A stretch of 64,000 nucleotides of DNA from Lentisphaeria bacterium (GTDB lineage Bacteria > Verrucomicrobiota > Lentisphaeria > JABSQK01 > JAWLHB01), in NCBI GenBank assembly GCA_041690595.1, contig JAWLHB010000014.1, positions 62,001 to 126,000 on the forward strand. Direction: 5' to 3'. A program made the position numbers and the translations under genes. The number at the start of each line of letters is the position of its first letter. Within the stretch, counting starts at the first letter, position 1. The notes below the pieces were generated by a model, which saw only the letters and a program-made list of their open reading frames with translations, was not told the DNA's origin and did not search any database. This document shows positions 27,361 to 36,991 of this stretch, piece after piece.

Positions 27361-29691
27361 CTATGGCAGCGCGATGATGCTCTCCCCCCCGGCCTGCCGG
27401 AAGGGAACGGCCGCGGGGTCAGCCGTGCCGTCATAGCGGGTAAGGTGCCGCATCTCGAAGCCCGAGAGCGTGATGGTGCCGCTCCCACCAATCCCGATTG
27501 CCCCCGTGCCCGACGCGACGTCCGCCGTCACCGAGCATGGAGCGCCATCCGTCTTCACCAGCACCCGCCCATCCACCTCGAGCCAGCTGCCCGCCACCAC
27601 CAGAAAGCCGATAAGTGCGCCATCGCCCGGCGTGGTGCGCACCACCGCCAACCTGGCATCCGTGCGGATCCCCTCCACCTCCATGACCTCTCCGTACGAG
27701 ACGACGATCCGGTCGCTGCACTCCGGCCAGCTCAGCCGCGCCCCATGCCCCTCCTCCACCGCCACCCGGCTCGTCACCAGCGGTGACATCCCGTAGCTTG
27801 CAGGCTGATTCGGCCGCCGCGGATAGAGGCAGACCGTGAAGTGAGGGTTGACAACCGTCGCCTCCGCCACCAGCCGCTTCATGGGCACCTGCTCCTTCCC
27901 GAGCTGCTCCGTTGCCTCCACCATCGCCAAGCTGCCGAACGGGCTCAGCATCGCGCATTCCAGCTCCGGCGGATTCGCCAGCTCTCCCGCCCCTTTCGCC
28001 CGCGCCAGCGTCAAGCCATCCGCCCGGGCCGTCGCCTCGTAATTCGTATTGACCATCATGCGCCAGCTGAAAAGATGCGGCTCTTCATCCTTCACCAGAT
28101 CGTCCACGATCAGGAAGTAGCGTCCCGCGCTCGGCCCGTCCCAGATCGTGCAGCCGATCCGCTGCGCTCTCTCCATCGGATTGAGCGGCCTCACCACCAG
28201 CCGCCGCTCCTCCCCCTCGAAAAAGATATCCTCGCTGTACGCCTCCCGCTGATCCACCAGCGCCGCCGCGCCGAAAGCGCCATCCACCAGCTCGATCAAC
28301 GGCGACGACGGCATTACGTCGTACGACGCATGATCCATCCCCTTTCCATCGATCGTTACCAGGTTGTGCAGCAGCGACGACACATGCTTCGCCCCCGCCT
28401 CCACCGCAAAGGACTCCCCATACGCATGCAGGAAGAACGATCCGTAATCGTTGTGATTGCCCGTGTTGTAGCGGTGCTGCTGCGTCTTCAGCCAGAAGAC
28501 CGAATCCTGAGCCTCCCAGCCGCTGCGCATGAAGACCCCGCCATCCGGAAACCACTTCACCCGCGGCGCGCTCCCGAAGTCCGGCTCCGGCAGGTAGGGC
28601 CGATCCCACAGAAACTGCGCCACCAGCGCCCGAACGTAGGGATTGTAGCCGCCCGGCGCCATCACGTGCCGGTACGCCAAACTCGCCCACGAGTTTTCGG
28701 GCATCGCATGGTACAGCCACATGAAGGCATCCTGGCCCGATGTTGCACCGAAATTCGAGTTCCCCACCGGCACCGTAAGCGGCGCCACATCCAGAGAGCC
28801 CGGCAGGATCAGGTACGCGTACCAGAAGGGCATCTTGCTCAGCCGCGGATGCGCCGACCAGTCACTCCCCCGCAGCCGCAGCGCCTCCAGATAAAAATTG
28901 AACCACGAAAATCCGAAACCCACGTACGCCGGGCCATTCTCGTGATAACCCTCTTCGTCCAGAAAGCGCATCAGCGACTTGTCCGTGCATTCTCTGGAGA
29001 GTTCCAGCAACTCCTGGCTGAAGCCCGGCTCCCCCTCGATCGCCAGTTGCCCGATGCCAAGATTCGCCGACAGGAGCAGCCCCCAGTAGATCGCCTGGTT
29101 GATCGGGCACGGACCAAGCGCGAAGGGCACCCGCCGGATCTCCTCGGCCACCTCCTCACTCACCCGCCCGATACCGCTGCGAATGATCTCTCCCTCTTCA
29201 TCGTTCACCAGCGGCTGGCACCAGTCGTAGATCAGCGCCGCGGGACGAAGCGACATCCCTTTCACGTACGGAATCAGCTTCACCAGCGCCTCCACCGCCG
29301 CCCGGCCATACTCCTCATCCCCGTTGATCACGTAAACGAAGGCCGCATTCTCCGCCGCGAGCAGCGCCCCCGCCCGCGCATCATGCTCGGCCACTTTTAC
29401 GGCCTCTCCTGTTTCCGCGGCGGCAGCGATCGCAGCCTCCAGATCCAGCAACGCCTTCTGCACACTCCCCCGCGGGTTGAGCGTCGTCCCTGCCGCGTTC
29501 GCGCGGATCAGTTCGAAGAAACGCTGCCCTCGCGGCGTCGCCAGTCGCGCCCGCAATTCCGGCAACTGCGCCTGGCTGAAGACCAGCCGTGGATGCTCAC
29601 CAACTGGCGGCGTCCGCCACACCGCTCCCTCTCCCAACCCGTCAATCGCCGTGATCGTCATGATAAGCGCTATTCCCTGCAGGATCTTCAT
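27361..29691 (-). CDS. Heparinase II/III-like polysaccharide lyase (secreted)
   Basis: Signal peptide, HPRLVF, ENGPAYV, MRSGW, HNDYGSFFLHAYG and HNLVTIDGKG. Confidence 0.78.
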   Translation of the reverse strand: MKILQGIALIMTITAIDGLGEGAVWRTPPVGEHPRLVFSQAQLPELRARLATPRGQRFFELIRANAAGTTLNPRGSVQKALLDLEAAIAAAAETGEAVKVAEHDARAGALLAAENAAFVYVINGDEEYGRAAVEALVKLIPYVKGMSLRPAALIYDWCQPLVNDEEGEIIRSGIGRVSEEVAEEIRRVPFALGPCPINQAIYWGLLLSANLGIGQLAIEGEPGFSQELLELSRECTDKSLMRFLDEEGYHENGPAYVGFGFSWFNFYLEALRLRGSDWSAHPRLSKMPFWYAYLILPGSLDVAPLTVPVGNSNFGATSGQDAFMWLYHAMPENSWASLAYRHVMAPGGYNPYVRALVAQFLWDRPYLPEPDFGSAPRVKWFPDGGVFMRSGWEAQDSVFWLKTQQHRYNTGNHNDYGSFFLHAYGESFAVEAGAKHVSSLLHNLVTIDGKGMDHASYDVMPSSPLIELVDGAFGAAALVDQREAYSEDIFFEGEERRLVVRPLNPMERAQRIGCTIWDGPSAGRYFLIVDDLVKDEEPHLFSWRMMVNTNYEATARADGLTLARAKGAGELANPPELECAMLSPFGSLAMVEATEQLGKEQVPMKRLVAEATVVNPHFTVCLYPRRPNQPASYGMSPLVTSRVAVEEGHGARLSWPECSDRIVVSYGEVMEVEGIRTDARLAVVRTTPGDGALIGFLVVAGSWLEVDGRVLVKTDGAPCSVTADVASGTGAIGIGGSGTITLSGFEMRHLTRYDGTADPAAVPFRQAGGESIIALP

Positions 29692-29716
29692 CTCTCGCTC
29701 CTTGCGTGTTGCACCA

Positions 29717-30550
29717 TCAATCAACCCGTTGCGCGTTCAACCCCTTCAGCGCCACAAACTCCGTCGTCGGCAGCACCGTAGCATGCACCACGATCTCGTC
29801 CACCTTCATGTTCACCATACCTACGTGCGCCACCTCACCCGGGAAACCCCCGGCCAGCGCCAGGCTCGTGCGCAGCCACCCCGGCTTCATCATCGTCTCC
29901 GCCCGCTGCACCCCATCGATGTACGCCAGCAACGTCCCATCCGTATCCGCCGTCAGCGCCAGATGCATGTACGTCTTGCTCTTCAGCCCATCGATCCGCG
30001 TGGCCACTCCCGCCGCCGCCACCAGCAGCGAAAAGCTCCCACTCCCTTCATCGAAGTCGATAAAGATGACCTGAATATCCCCCGTGCTCAGCAACCGCGA
30101 GAAGTTCCGCATCCCACCCGTCGTCACTCCGCGACAGCTTTCCAGCGAGAAAACCACCTCGATCGTCAGCGCCCTGGAAGGCGCCGCGCCCTCCAGATCC
30201 TCCGTATGAAAGCCACCCTCTTTGTCCCGCGACTGCCCGATCTTGCGAATGGCCAGCACCTCCCGTTCCCCATCCTTCTCGTAAAACGACCCCGGCTTCT
30301 CCGCCGATTGCAGCGGATTCGCCAGCTTCGGCCCCGACTCCCCCGCCGCCCCAATCGGCACATACGCCGGCCCATGGAAGAGCCCATCCGTCTCCACCAC
30401 GGGCCCGTCGATCTCCAGCCGTGTCATCGATTCCCGTCCCTCGGGAAGGCGCCCATCGAAGGTATACCGCGCCACCTCGCCAGCCCGCATTCCGCCCGTC
30501 CAGAGCAGACTCACCACCAGCAGCATCCATCTCATCTTCTTGCCTCTCAT
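29717..30550 (-). CDS. Secreted LamG/concanavalin-like protein
   Basis: Signal peptide, VARYTFD, LTIEVVF, YMHLALT..YIDGV and VDEIVV patterns. Confidence 0.55.
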   Translation of the reverse strand: MRGKKMRWMLLVVSLLWTGGMRAGEVARYTFDGRLPEGRESMTRLEIDGPVVETDGLFHGPAYVPIGAAGESGPKLANPLQSAEKPGSFYEKDGEREVLAIRKIGQSRDKEGGFHTEDLEGAAPSRALTIEVVFSLESCRGVTTGGMRNFSRLLSTGDIQVIFIDFDEGSGSFSLLVAAAGVATRIDGLKSKTYMHLALTADTDGTLLAYIDGVQRAETMMKPGWLRTSLALAGGFPGEVAHVGMVNMKVDEIVVHATVLPTTEFVALKGLNAQRVD

Positions 30551-31227
30551 TCGACCGAGATCCTGATCTCGGAGATTTTGACATCGTTGGCCCCGCCGAC
30601 CCGCAACTCAGCCGCCGCCTTCTCCCCCGCGACCGCCTCCCGTGCTTCCCAAGCCACACCGTTGACACGCAGGAACGAGGCTCCCGAATCGCTCCGCCCG
30701 AAGCTGAACCTGTGGTAGCTATCCGCCGCCAGGCGATCACCGGAGATCCGTACGCTTCCATCGTCCAAGGCCACCGTATAGCTGCCCGTCAGGGGGCTGT
30801 AATCCCGGATCGACAGGCGCATCCCGCTGATCGAACAGAGAGTCGACTCCCGGCCATACCCATACTGCACCGACGCCGTCAACTCGACCAGAAACGCCGC
30901 ATCGTCAGCGAGGAGCCCGGCCTCCGTGTGAAAGGTGTCGAAGTAGAAGGGGTGCGAAAACTTCATGTGCAGCACGCCACCCTTCTCCCGCGGATCGTAA
31001 TGGCTGCGCGAGCCATACTTCTCCCCGTACTGATGCAGAAGCGGCGGACCAAGCTCACCCTCCTCCTCATCCGGCACATAGGGCGCCGCCGGCCTCTTCT
31101 CCACCAGCTCCTTCGGATACGGACACGGCGCAAGCACCCGATTCTGAAAATTGTAGACGGCCACCGGCTCCCCCGTCCGCGCCGTCACCACCCACAACAT
31201 CGATACCAAGAGGCTCATGGTCTTCAT
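30547..31227 (-). CDS. Secreted LamG-like protein, paralog of the neighbouring gene
   Basis: Signal peptide; collinear motifs with 29717-30550; ATGA overlaps at both ends. Confidence 0.5.
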   Translation of the reverse strand: MKTMSLLVSMLWVVTARTGEPVAVYNFQNRVLAPCPYPKELVEKRPAAPYVPDEEEGELGPPLLHQYGEKYGSRSHYDPREKGGVLHMKFSHPFYFDTFHTEAGLLADDAAFLVELTASVQYGYGRESTLCSISGMRLSIRDYSPLTGSYTVALDDGSVRISGDRLAADSYHRFSFGRSDSGASFLRVNGVAWEAREAVAGEKAAAELRVGGANDVKISEIRISVE

Positions 31228-33569
31228 CGCCCTTCTCCCTGCTGAACCACCGGCGAGGAAGGACGATGCCCCCGTAACTCCTCCTGGCGGCGTATCAGGC
31301 GCTCCCATTTCGCGTCGCTGATCAGTTTGTACTCGTCCAGCAGACGGCTATCCGCCGCCACGCTGATCGTGCTGCCGTTGCGCTCGAACTCTCGCTCGAT
31401 CCCATTGACCCAAACCCGCCGGGCAGCCGGCGCGAAGGCCTGGATGCGAACCAGCTGCCGCAACTGTCGCGTGTTCAGCGGATGATTGTAGACGTCCAGG
31501 TGCAAGGTGTCATCGCCATACACCGCGCTGAAGATGATCCCCCGCGGTGCACCCTCATCGCTGTAGCCGGCCATGATCCGCACCAGCTCGCGCGAGCCCT
31601 GCAGGACGACCGCGGTCGTGGCGTTGACAATCGTATAGGCCGCCGGTTCCGCGGTCGCCGGCTCGCCCGCACGCAGACGCCAAAGCAGCAGCTCATACGG
31701 CCCCAGATACGGTGATGGCCCGCCACCACGCGCACTGTTGTGGTTGGTCGGCAACGAATAGTCCAGGTAATCGACGACCCCTTCGCCCTCCACGGACCAG
31801 TCGATCTGCCACTTGGCCTGCCCCCGCACCGGCTGCATCTTCAACGGCGCCATCCCCTCGCGGCTGGGATGGAAAAGCGTCACGAACCGGCCATACCGTC
31901 CCGTCACATCCACCTTCACCCGCGAATACTTCGCTCCGGGGAAACGCCCGTGCGACTCCCATTCATCTGTTCCGATCACCCCTTCCGCGGGCTCCAGCAC
32001 CTCCAGCCGAAGCTGGCTCCCCTCCCGGCGAAGCTCCGCGCCCCGCCCCGAAAGGACAATTTCCTTGTCACGTTCCGTCTGAAACAATTGGGAATAGAGC
32101 CGGTTCTGGTCATCCCGCCGAACATAATCCGAAACGATGCCGTAGGCCGGTGTCTTCAGCTCCTTATTCGCCGGCATCACCAGCAGGCTTCGCCGCGCAA
32201 ACTGAACCGGCCAGGCCGCATACTGCAGGGGATCCCCCTGGCTACCCACCTTCCATTGATTCCAGAACCCCGTCAGATCCGAGCTGACCATCACCGACGA
32301 CGGCGCCAGCACCACCTGCCGGATATCGCCCGGCGCTCCATTCGACTCCGGCCCCCCATTGTCGATGGCCACCATATTGTGCAGCATGAGCGGCCCTTCC
32401 CCATAACCCGGGTCCGTCAACCAGGTCACCCCGAACGCCCGTACGATGAAGGTCCCCACATCCTCATGCGCGTGGCCACGGCTCTGACGGGTGAAGGAAG
32501 CGACATAGAACGCCTCCGGCTCCATGCCGCTCTTGTATGTCACGATCCCCGCCTCCGGATTGAAGGTCGATCGCGCCACCTCCGGCTCCTCCTCCGCTAG
32601 CTCCGCCACCGGCACATGGTAGAGAATACCCGACAAGGGGTCCGGCTTGTGCTCCCACTCGACCTCCGCCAGGGCCGCTACCCGATGCAGCAACGGGTTC
32701 TCCGGCATCAGATAAAGCAGGCTCCGCAACGCATAGGCCCCAACCACGCTGTATCCCGAATCCCCGAAGGGCAAGTACGTGGGCAGCGCCCCCCTTGGAA
32801 CCCCCGCCGCCAGTTGATAGTAGGGCACCTTGGGCAGATTCGTCCCCGTCACCAGGTCGAATCCCTTGCGCGTCAAGATGATCATGCTCGCCCCGCCAAT
32901 CCGCACGAAGGGATAGTTGAGGTAGTCGCCACCTTCAGCCGGATAACCGGCATCGTCGATGAAACAGGTGAGTATGTCGCGCACCAGCTCCGCCGCCTTC
33001 TCCAGCAGCCGCGGATCGTACTCGGGATGACCATGCAGCGCCGCGGCTTGCCGCAACCCCCGCATTCCAGGAATCAACCCCCAGTTGCTGAAGGGATACC
33101 AGAGCGTCTTCCACGCATCCTCCTGCGGCTTCATCCCGCTCACCAGAAACCCCTTCAGGTACTCGCGATCCGCTGCCGACATGATCCCGTAACCCCAGTC
33201 GAAGATCAGCGCCGTATCGTAATGCAGCGCCTCCAGATCCGTCTCCGCCTCCCGCGCCGCCCCAAGCAGCGCCAGAAACTTCGCCTTGTACTCCTCGCCC
33301 TCCGACAACTGCCAGGCCAGCGCCAGCTCGCTCAGAGGATCCAACGTCGGCGCATCCAGATCCGACGACGCCGGCAACTCCCTCAGTTGCAGATGCTTCC
33401 CGCACCGCTCCCGCATGAAGAACCAGGCGCGCTTCGGCGTTCCACGCTGGATACGCTCCCGAAGCACGGGTAACTCCTCGCTCGTAAAGAGCAGATGCGG
33501 ATGCACCGGCTCTGCCGCCGCCAACACCTGAACCCAGGCAAACAGCAGCAGCAGCACCGGCACCACCAT
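31224..33569 (-). CDS. Heparinase II/III-like polysaccharide lyase (secreted)
   Basis: Signal peptide, HPHLLF, NW, EGGDYLNY, GHAHEDVGTF, DPGY and HNMVAID. Start may be GTG 33596. Confidence 0.8.
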   Translation of the reverse strand: MVVPVLLLLFAWVQVLAAAEPVHPHLLFTSEELPVLRERIQRGTPKRAWFFMRERCGKHLQLRELPASSDLDAPTLDPLSELALAWQLSEGEEYKAKFLALLGAAREAETDLEALHYDTALIFDWGYGIMSAADREYLKGFLVSGMKPQEDAWKTLWYPFSNWGLIPGMRGLRQAAALHGHPEYDPRLLEKAAELVRDILTCFIDDAGYPAEGGDYLNYPFVRIGGASMIILTRKGFDLVTGTNLPKVPYYQLAAGVPRGALPTYLPFGDSGYSVVGAYALRSLLYLMPENPLLHRVAALAEVEWEHKPDPLSGILYHVPVAELAEEEPEVARSTFNPEAGIVTYKSGMEPEAFYVASFTRQSRGHAHEDVGTFIVRAFGVTWLTDPGYGEGPLMLHNMVAIDNGGPESNGAPGDIRQVVLAPSSVMVSSDLTGFWNQWKVGSQGDPLQYAAWPVQFARRSLLVMPANKELKTPAYGIVSDYVRRDDQNRLYSQLFQTERDKEIVLSGRGAELRREGSQLRLEVLEPAEGVIGTDEWESHGRFPGAKYSRVKVDVTGRYGRFVTLFHPSREGMAPLKMQPVRGQAKWQIDWSVEGEGVVDYLDYSLPTNHNSARGGGPSPYLGPYELLLWRLRAGEPATAEPAAYTIVNATTAVVLQGSRELVRIMAGYSDEGAPRGIIFSAVYGDDTLHLDVYNHPLNTRQLRQLVRIQAFAPAARRVWVNGIEREFERNGSTISVAADSRLLDEYKLISDAKWERLIRRQEELRGHRPSSPVVQQGEGR

Positions 33570-33582
33570 GCGCAGCCCCCGC

Positions 33583-36500
33583 TTAATCCTCCGCACGGCT
33601 GCCACCCGGACGCTGGTAACGGAATACCTCTTCCCGGTTGTCACGGTGCTTCCGCACAACCACGATCTCATCCCCGCTGGTACGAATCGTGTCGACGGCG
33701 GCTTTCCACGTCAGCACCGCGCCGCCCTCCCCCTTCTGGATCCCCGGCTTCTCCATCTCTGGAAGGTACGGATACAGCAGCGTCAGGAAATTCGCCGACG
33801 GCTGCCGCTTGACCAGACGCGTGCGCGGCAGCGTGATGAACTGCTGCCCGTGGAAGCGCGTATGAAAGCTCACCGCATCCTCCGTCACGCTGACCGGATC
33901 CGTATTCAACGATGCCACCAGCAGCTCCGCCGGACTCCGCTCCGCGCTTCGCTCGCTCCAGGCGTCGCCGCTGACGACTGCCTCCGTGCACGACCGCCGC
34001 AGCGCCGACTCAGGTAGCTCGGCCCACCCCCTGTACTCCTTCGCCTCGGCCTCGGGAATCAGCGCAACCTTCGCAAAGATCGTGTTGCGCGGCAGGATAC
34101 GCATCACCTGCTTTCCAGCGCCCAGAGCCACCGGGTCGCCGGCCACCGCCCATTGCCAGTTGTTCGCGCCCCGACTGCGAAAGCCCGCATTGACATTGAA
34201 CGTCGCTTCGCCGATGCTGTAGGCAAAAGCCCCCGTGCGCTCCGATTCCGGGTTCCCCTTCATGTAGACCCAGACCTGGTAGTTCCCCGCCGTCGCGATG
34301 TCGAACTCGATCGCAGCATCCCCTTTCGCGCCGCTTACCGGCGACAGCCACGGCCCGGCGTACTCCTTCACCAGCACAAACGAACCGTCCCCGTTGTCGC
34401 GTGTCGCCACATCCGCGTCCGCGATGTAAAGCTGTTCGTAAAGGCTTTCCCGATCGCTCACCTTCACATCGTCGAAGACCAGGACATACGGTGGCACCGC
34501 ACTCGTGTCGTCGCCGATCATCATCACACTCCGGCTTCCATGCTCGATCTTCATCCCAGGCCCCGGAATGCCATAGGTCGGCGCGCTGTGCGTGCTCAAC
34601 TGGCGACTCGCGAAAGCCGGCGGCATCTCCACGGACGAGCCGACCCCAATCCCCTCCGACTGTATCGGCGCGATCCTCTCCTTCTCCGCTCCCGCCGTCT
34701 CATAGTTCACGTACCGCCCTTCGCCATTGATCAGCAGTTGCGAATGACAATCCGCCGCATGCACCGCCTGCCCCGGATCCACCAGCAGCTTCTGGCCGTA
34801 GCCGTGCAGCGTGATCGCACCGCACTCCTTATGCGCATGCCCCCCTGCTGTCAGCGTGAAGGTCAGCAGCAGCGAATCCTCGTTGTAACCGCTGCGAAAA
34901 ACCTGATAGTTCTGCGCCGTGAAGTAGGCGCTCCGGGGATAACCCGTGAAGTCCTGTGCCTTGCCTTCCGAGGGCTCGAACCAGAGCAGCGAAAGCACGT
35001 CCGCGCTCGGCCGCTCCGGCCGCTCCACCCCGTTCCACAACTTGCGAATCGTCGCGTTCTCCGGGTACAGCCGCAACAGGCCCGGAGAGAAGGCAACCCG
35101 GCCGCCATCGCTGTCCCCGATCGCCGGAAGGCCCCCCTCCGCGCCGCCGGCATTCACCACCGCGAGCCACTCGCCGAAGTACTGAAGATTGGACTCCCGC
35201 GTCTCCGGATACAGATCGTTGACCTTCAAACTGACCATGAACGGCATCAGCAGCGCCACCGGATAGTTGAAGTACGAGGTTCCCTCGGCCGCGTCACCCG
35301 CCTCCCCGATCCAAGTGTTGAGATTGATCGTCGTCAGCCGCGCCACCGCCGGCAACCACGCCGCGTCGCTGCCCGATTCACCCGTCAGCGCCAGAAACGC
35401 CGGCCCCATCGAGCCTGCGTCATGCGTCGCAAAATTCCCTTCGATGGCCGCCGTTGCACCAAAATAAGTATCCGTGATCTTCCGGAAGAAGGACGATGCC
35501 GTTGTCTGCAAGACCCGGTTGAGCATCTTCAGCTCCTCAGGCGCGAAGAGGCTGTAGAGCCAGTCGTAGGAGCAGGCTGTCGGATACTCGAAAACCATCG
35601 CCTGATGCCACTTGGCGTACTCCTCGGCGACCGTCACCAGCCACGCCGCCCCGCGCTCCCCATACTTGCGCTCTCCCGTCACTTGCCAGGCAAACGCCAG
35701 ATCGAAGATCGGCGTAATCCAGCCCGACCGGTCGTAAAGCCCGCGCGAAGGATTGTCCGGAATCGCCAGGATCGCCGTCTCGACCGCCTGGCTCTCTTTC
35801 GACGCCGCATCGCAGAGACGATCGCAGCGGGCCAGGAAGGCCGTCCATACCGGTGCATAAGGCTCACCCGCAAGCTTCTCCCGAATGCCCGGCAGATCTT
35901 CCGCCCGGAAGAGCAGGCGCGGCCGCGGCAGCTCGATACCCGTCGTATTCGCCGCATGCCCTTCCGTCGCCGCGACCCGCGGCGCCTCGTCGCTGATCTG
36001 AGTCGGTACCCAGGTCGGGAACTGCTCGTTGTTCTCCGGATTCCGCGTCACGTTCCGCATCTCCCCCGAGGCAACATCCAGCACCCAGATATCCGAAACA
36101 CCGCTCCGGTTCGAGGTAAACGCCAGACGCTTCCCGTCCGCTGCCCACGCCGCCTGCCCGTCCCAGTACGCCCCGTCCGTCAGTTGCGTCAGCCCGCTGC
36201 CGTCCGGATCCACCACATACAGTGCCGAATTGCCATCCGCGCGCTGCAACGAAAAAGCGATCCGGTTGTTCTCCCCCCAGGAAGGTTCACGAATATCGCC
36301 ATCCAGCGAGAGAATCCGCACCTGCTCCGTCCCGTCTGCCGCGTTCATCGTGAAAAGCTCGAACTTGCCGTTGCGATTGCTGATGAAGGTGATCTTGCGG
36401 CTATCCGGCGACCAGTCCGGCGAACGCTCGCTCGAACGCCCCTTCCACGTCAGGTTCTTCAGACCGCTCCCGTCCGCATTCATCACATAGATATCCGCCA

Positions 36501-36936
36501 GATCCCGAATGTCCGTGCACAGCGCCAGCCGCGTGCCGTCGGAAGACCATTTCGGATCGAACCACTCCCGCCGGTACGGCGTCACGTTCACCGCATCCGA
36601 GCCGTCCCAGTTCATCACCGAAATGGTCCAGCTCCGGCGAACCGCGATCTTCTTCCCCAACGGCGATACATCCGGCGAACGCTGCCATTTCGGCGCATAG
36701 ATGCGGTGAGGATAATCCAGCCCCGTCGTCTCGGGCGACTCCCGGACATCCGAGTCGAAGATCACCGTCCGGCCGCTCCCATCCGCCTGGATCCGCTCCA
36801 GGATCATGTTCGGCAGCCCCATCGAATCGTTGCTCTCCCGCGTAAAGACGATGGTCTCCGTATCCGCGCCGATCACCCCACCGGCAACATGCACTAGCAG
36901 TGTCGCCACACACCATATCAAGCTTGATCTCCGCAT
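33583..36936 (-). CDS. TolB-like (PD40) beta-propeller fused to a heparinase II/III-like lyase with a CBM-like insert
   Basis: Repeats PKWSSDG, PDWSPDS, AWAADGKRLAFTSNRSG; then RPRLLF, EGTSYFNY, FRSG, GHAH.ECG, VDPG and HSQLLING. Confidence 0.78.
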   Translation of the reverse strand: MRRSSLIWCVATLLVHVAGGVIGADTETIVFTRESNDSMGLPNMILERIQADGSGRTVIFDSDVRESPETTGLDYPHRIYAPKWQRSPDVSPLGKKIAVRRSWTISVMNWDGSDAVNVTPYRREWFDPKWSSDGTRLALCTDIRDLADIYVMNADGSGLKNLTWKGRSSERSPDWSPDSRKITFISNRNGKFELFTMNAADGTEQVRILSLDGDIREPSWGENNRIAFSLQRADGNSALYVVDPDGSGLTQLTDGAYWDGQAAWAADGKRLAFTSNRSGVSDIWVLDVASGEMRNVTRNPENNEQFPTWVPTQISDEAPRVAATEGHAANTTGIELPRPRLLFRAEDLPGIREKLAGEPYAPVWTAFLARCDRLCDAASKESQAVETAILAIPDNPSRGLYDRSGWITPIFDLAFAWQVTGERKYGERGAAWLVTVAEEYAKWHQAMVFEYPTACSYDWLYSLFAPEELKMLNRVLQTTASSFFRKITDTYFGATAAIEGNFATHDAGSMGPAFLALTGESGSDAAWLPAVARLTTINLNTWIGEAGDAAEGTSYFNYPVALLMPFMVSLKVNDLYPETRESNLQYFGEWLAVVNAGGAEGGLPAIGDSDGGRVAFSPGLLRLYPENATIRKLWNGVERPERPSADVLSLLWFEPSEGKAQDFTGYPRSAYFTAQNYQVFRSGYNEDSLLLTFTLTAGGHAHKECGAITLHGYGQKLLVDPGQAVHAADCHSQLLINGEGRYVNYETAGAEKERIAPIQSEGIGVGSSVEMPPAFASRQLSTHSAPTYGIPGPGMKIEHGSRSVMMIGDDTSAVPPYVLVFDDVKVSDRESLYEQLYIADADVATRDNGDGSFVLVKEYAGPWLSPVSGAKGDAAIEFDIATAGNYQVWVYMKGNPESERTGAFAYSIGEATFNVNAGFRSRGANNWQWAVAGDPVALGAGKQVMRILPRNTIFAKVALIPEAEAKEYRGWAELPESALRRSCTEAVVSGDAWSERSAERSPAELLVASLNTDPVSVTEDAVSFHTRFHGQQFITLPRTRLVKRQPSANFLTLLYPYLPEMEKPGIQKGEGGAVLTWKAAVDTIRTSGDEIVVVRKHRDNREEVFRYQRPGGSRAED

Positions 36937-36991
36937 AACCTCATCCTCCATTTTGTTAATCTGTCTGCACTGACTCCGCCAGAAACATCCA

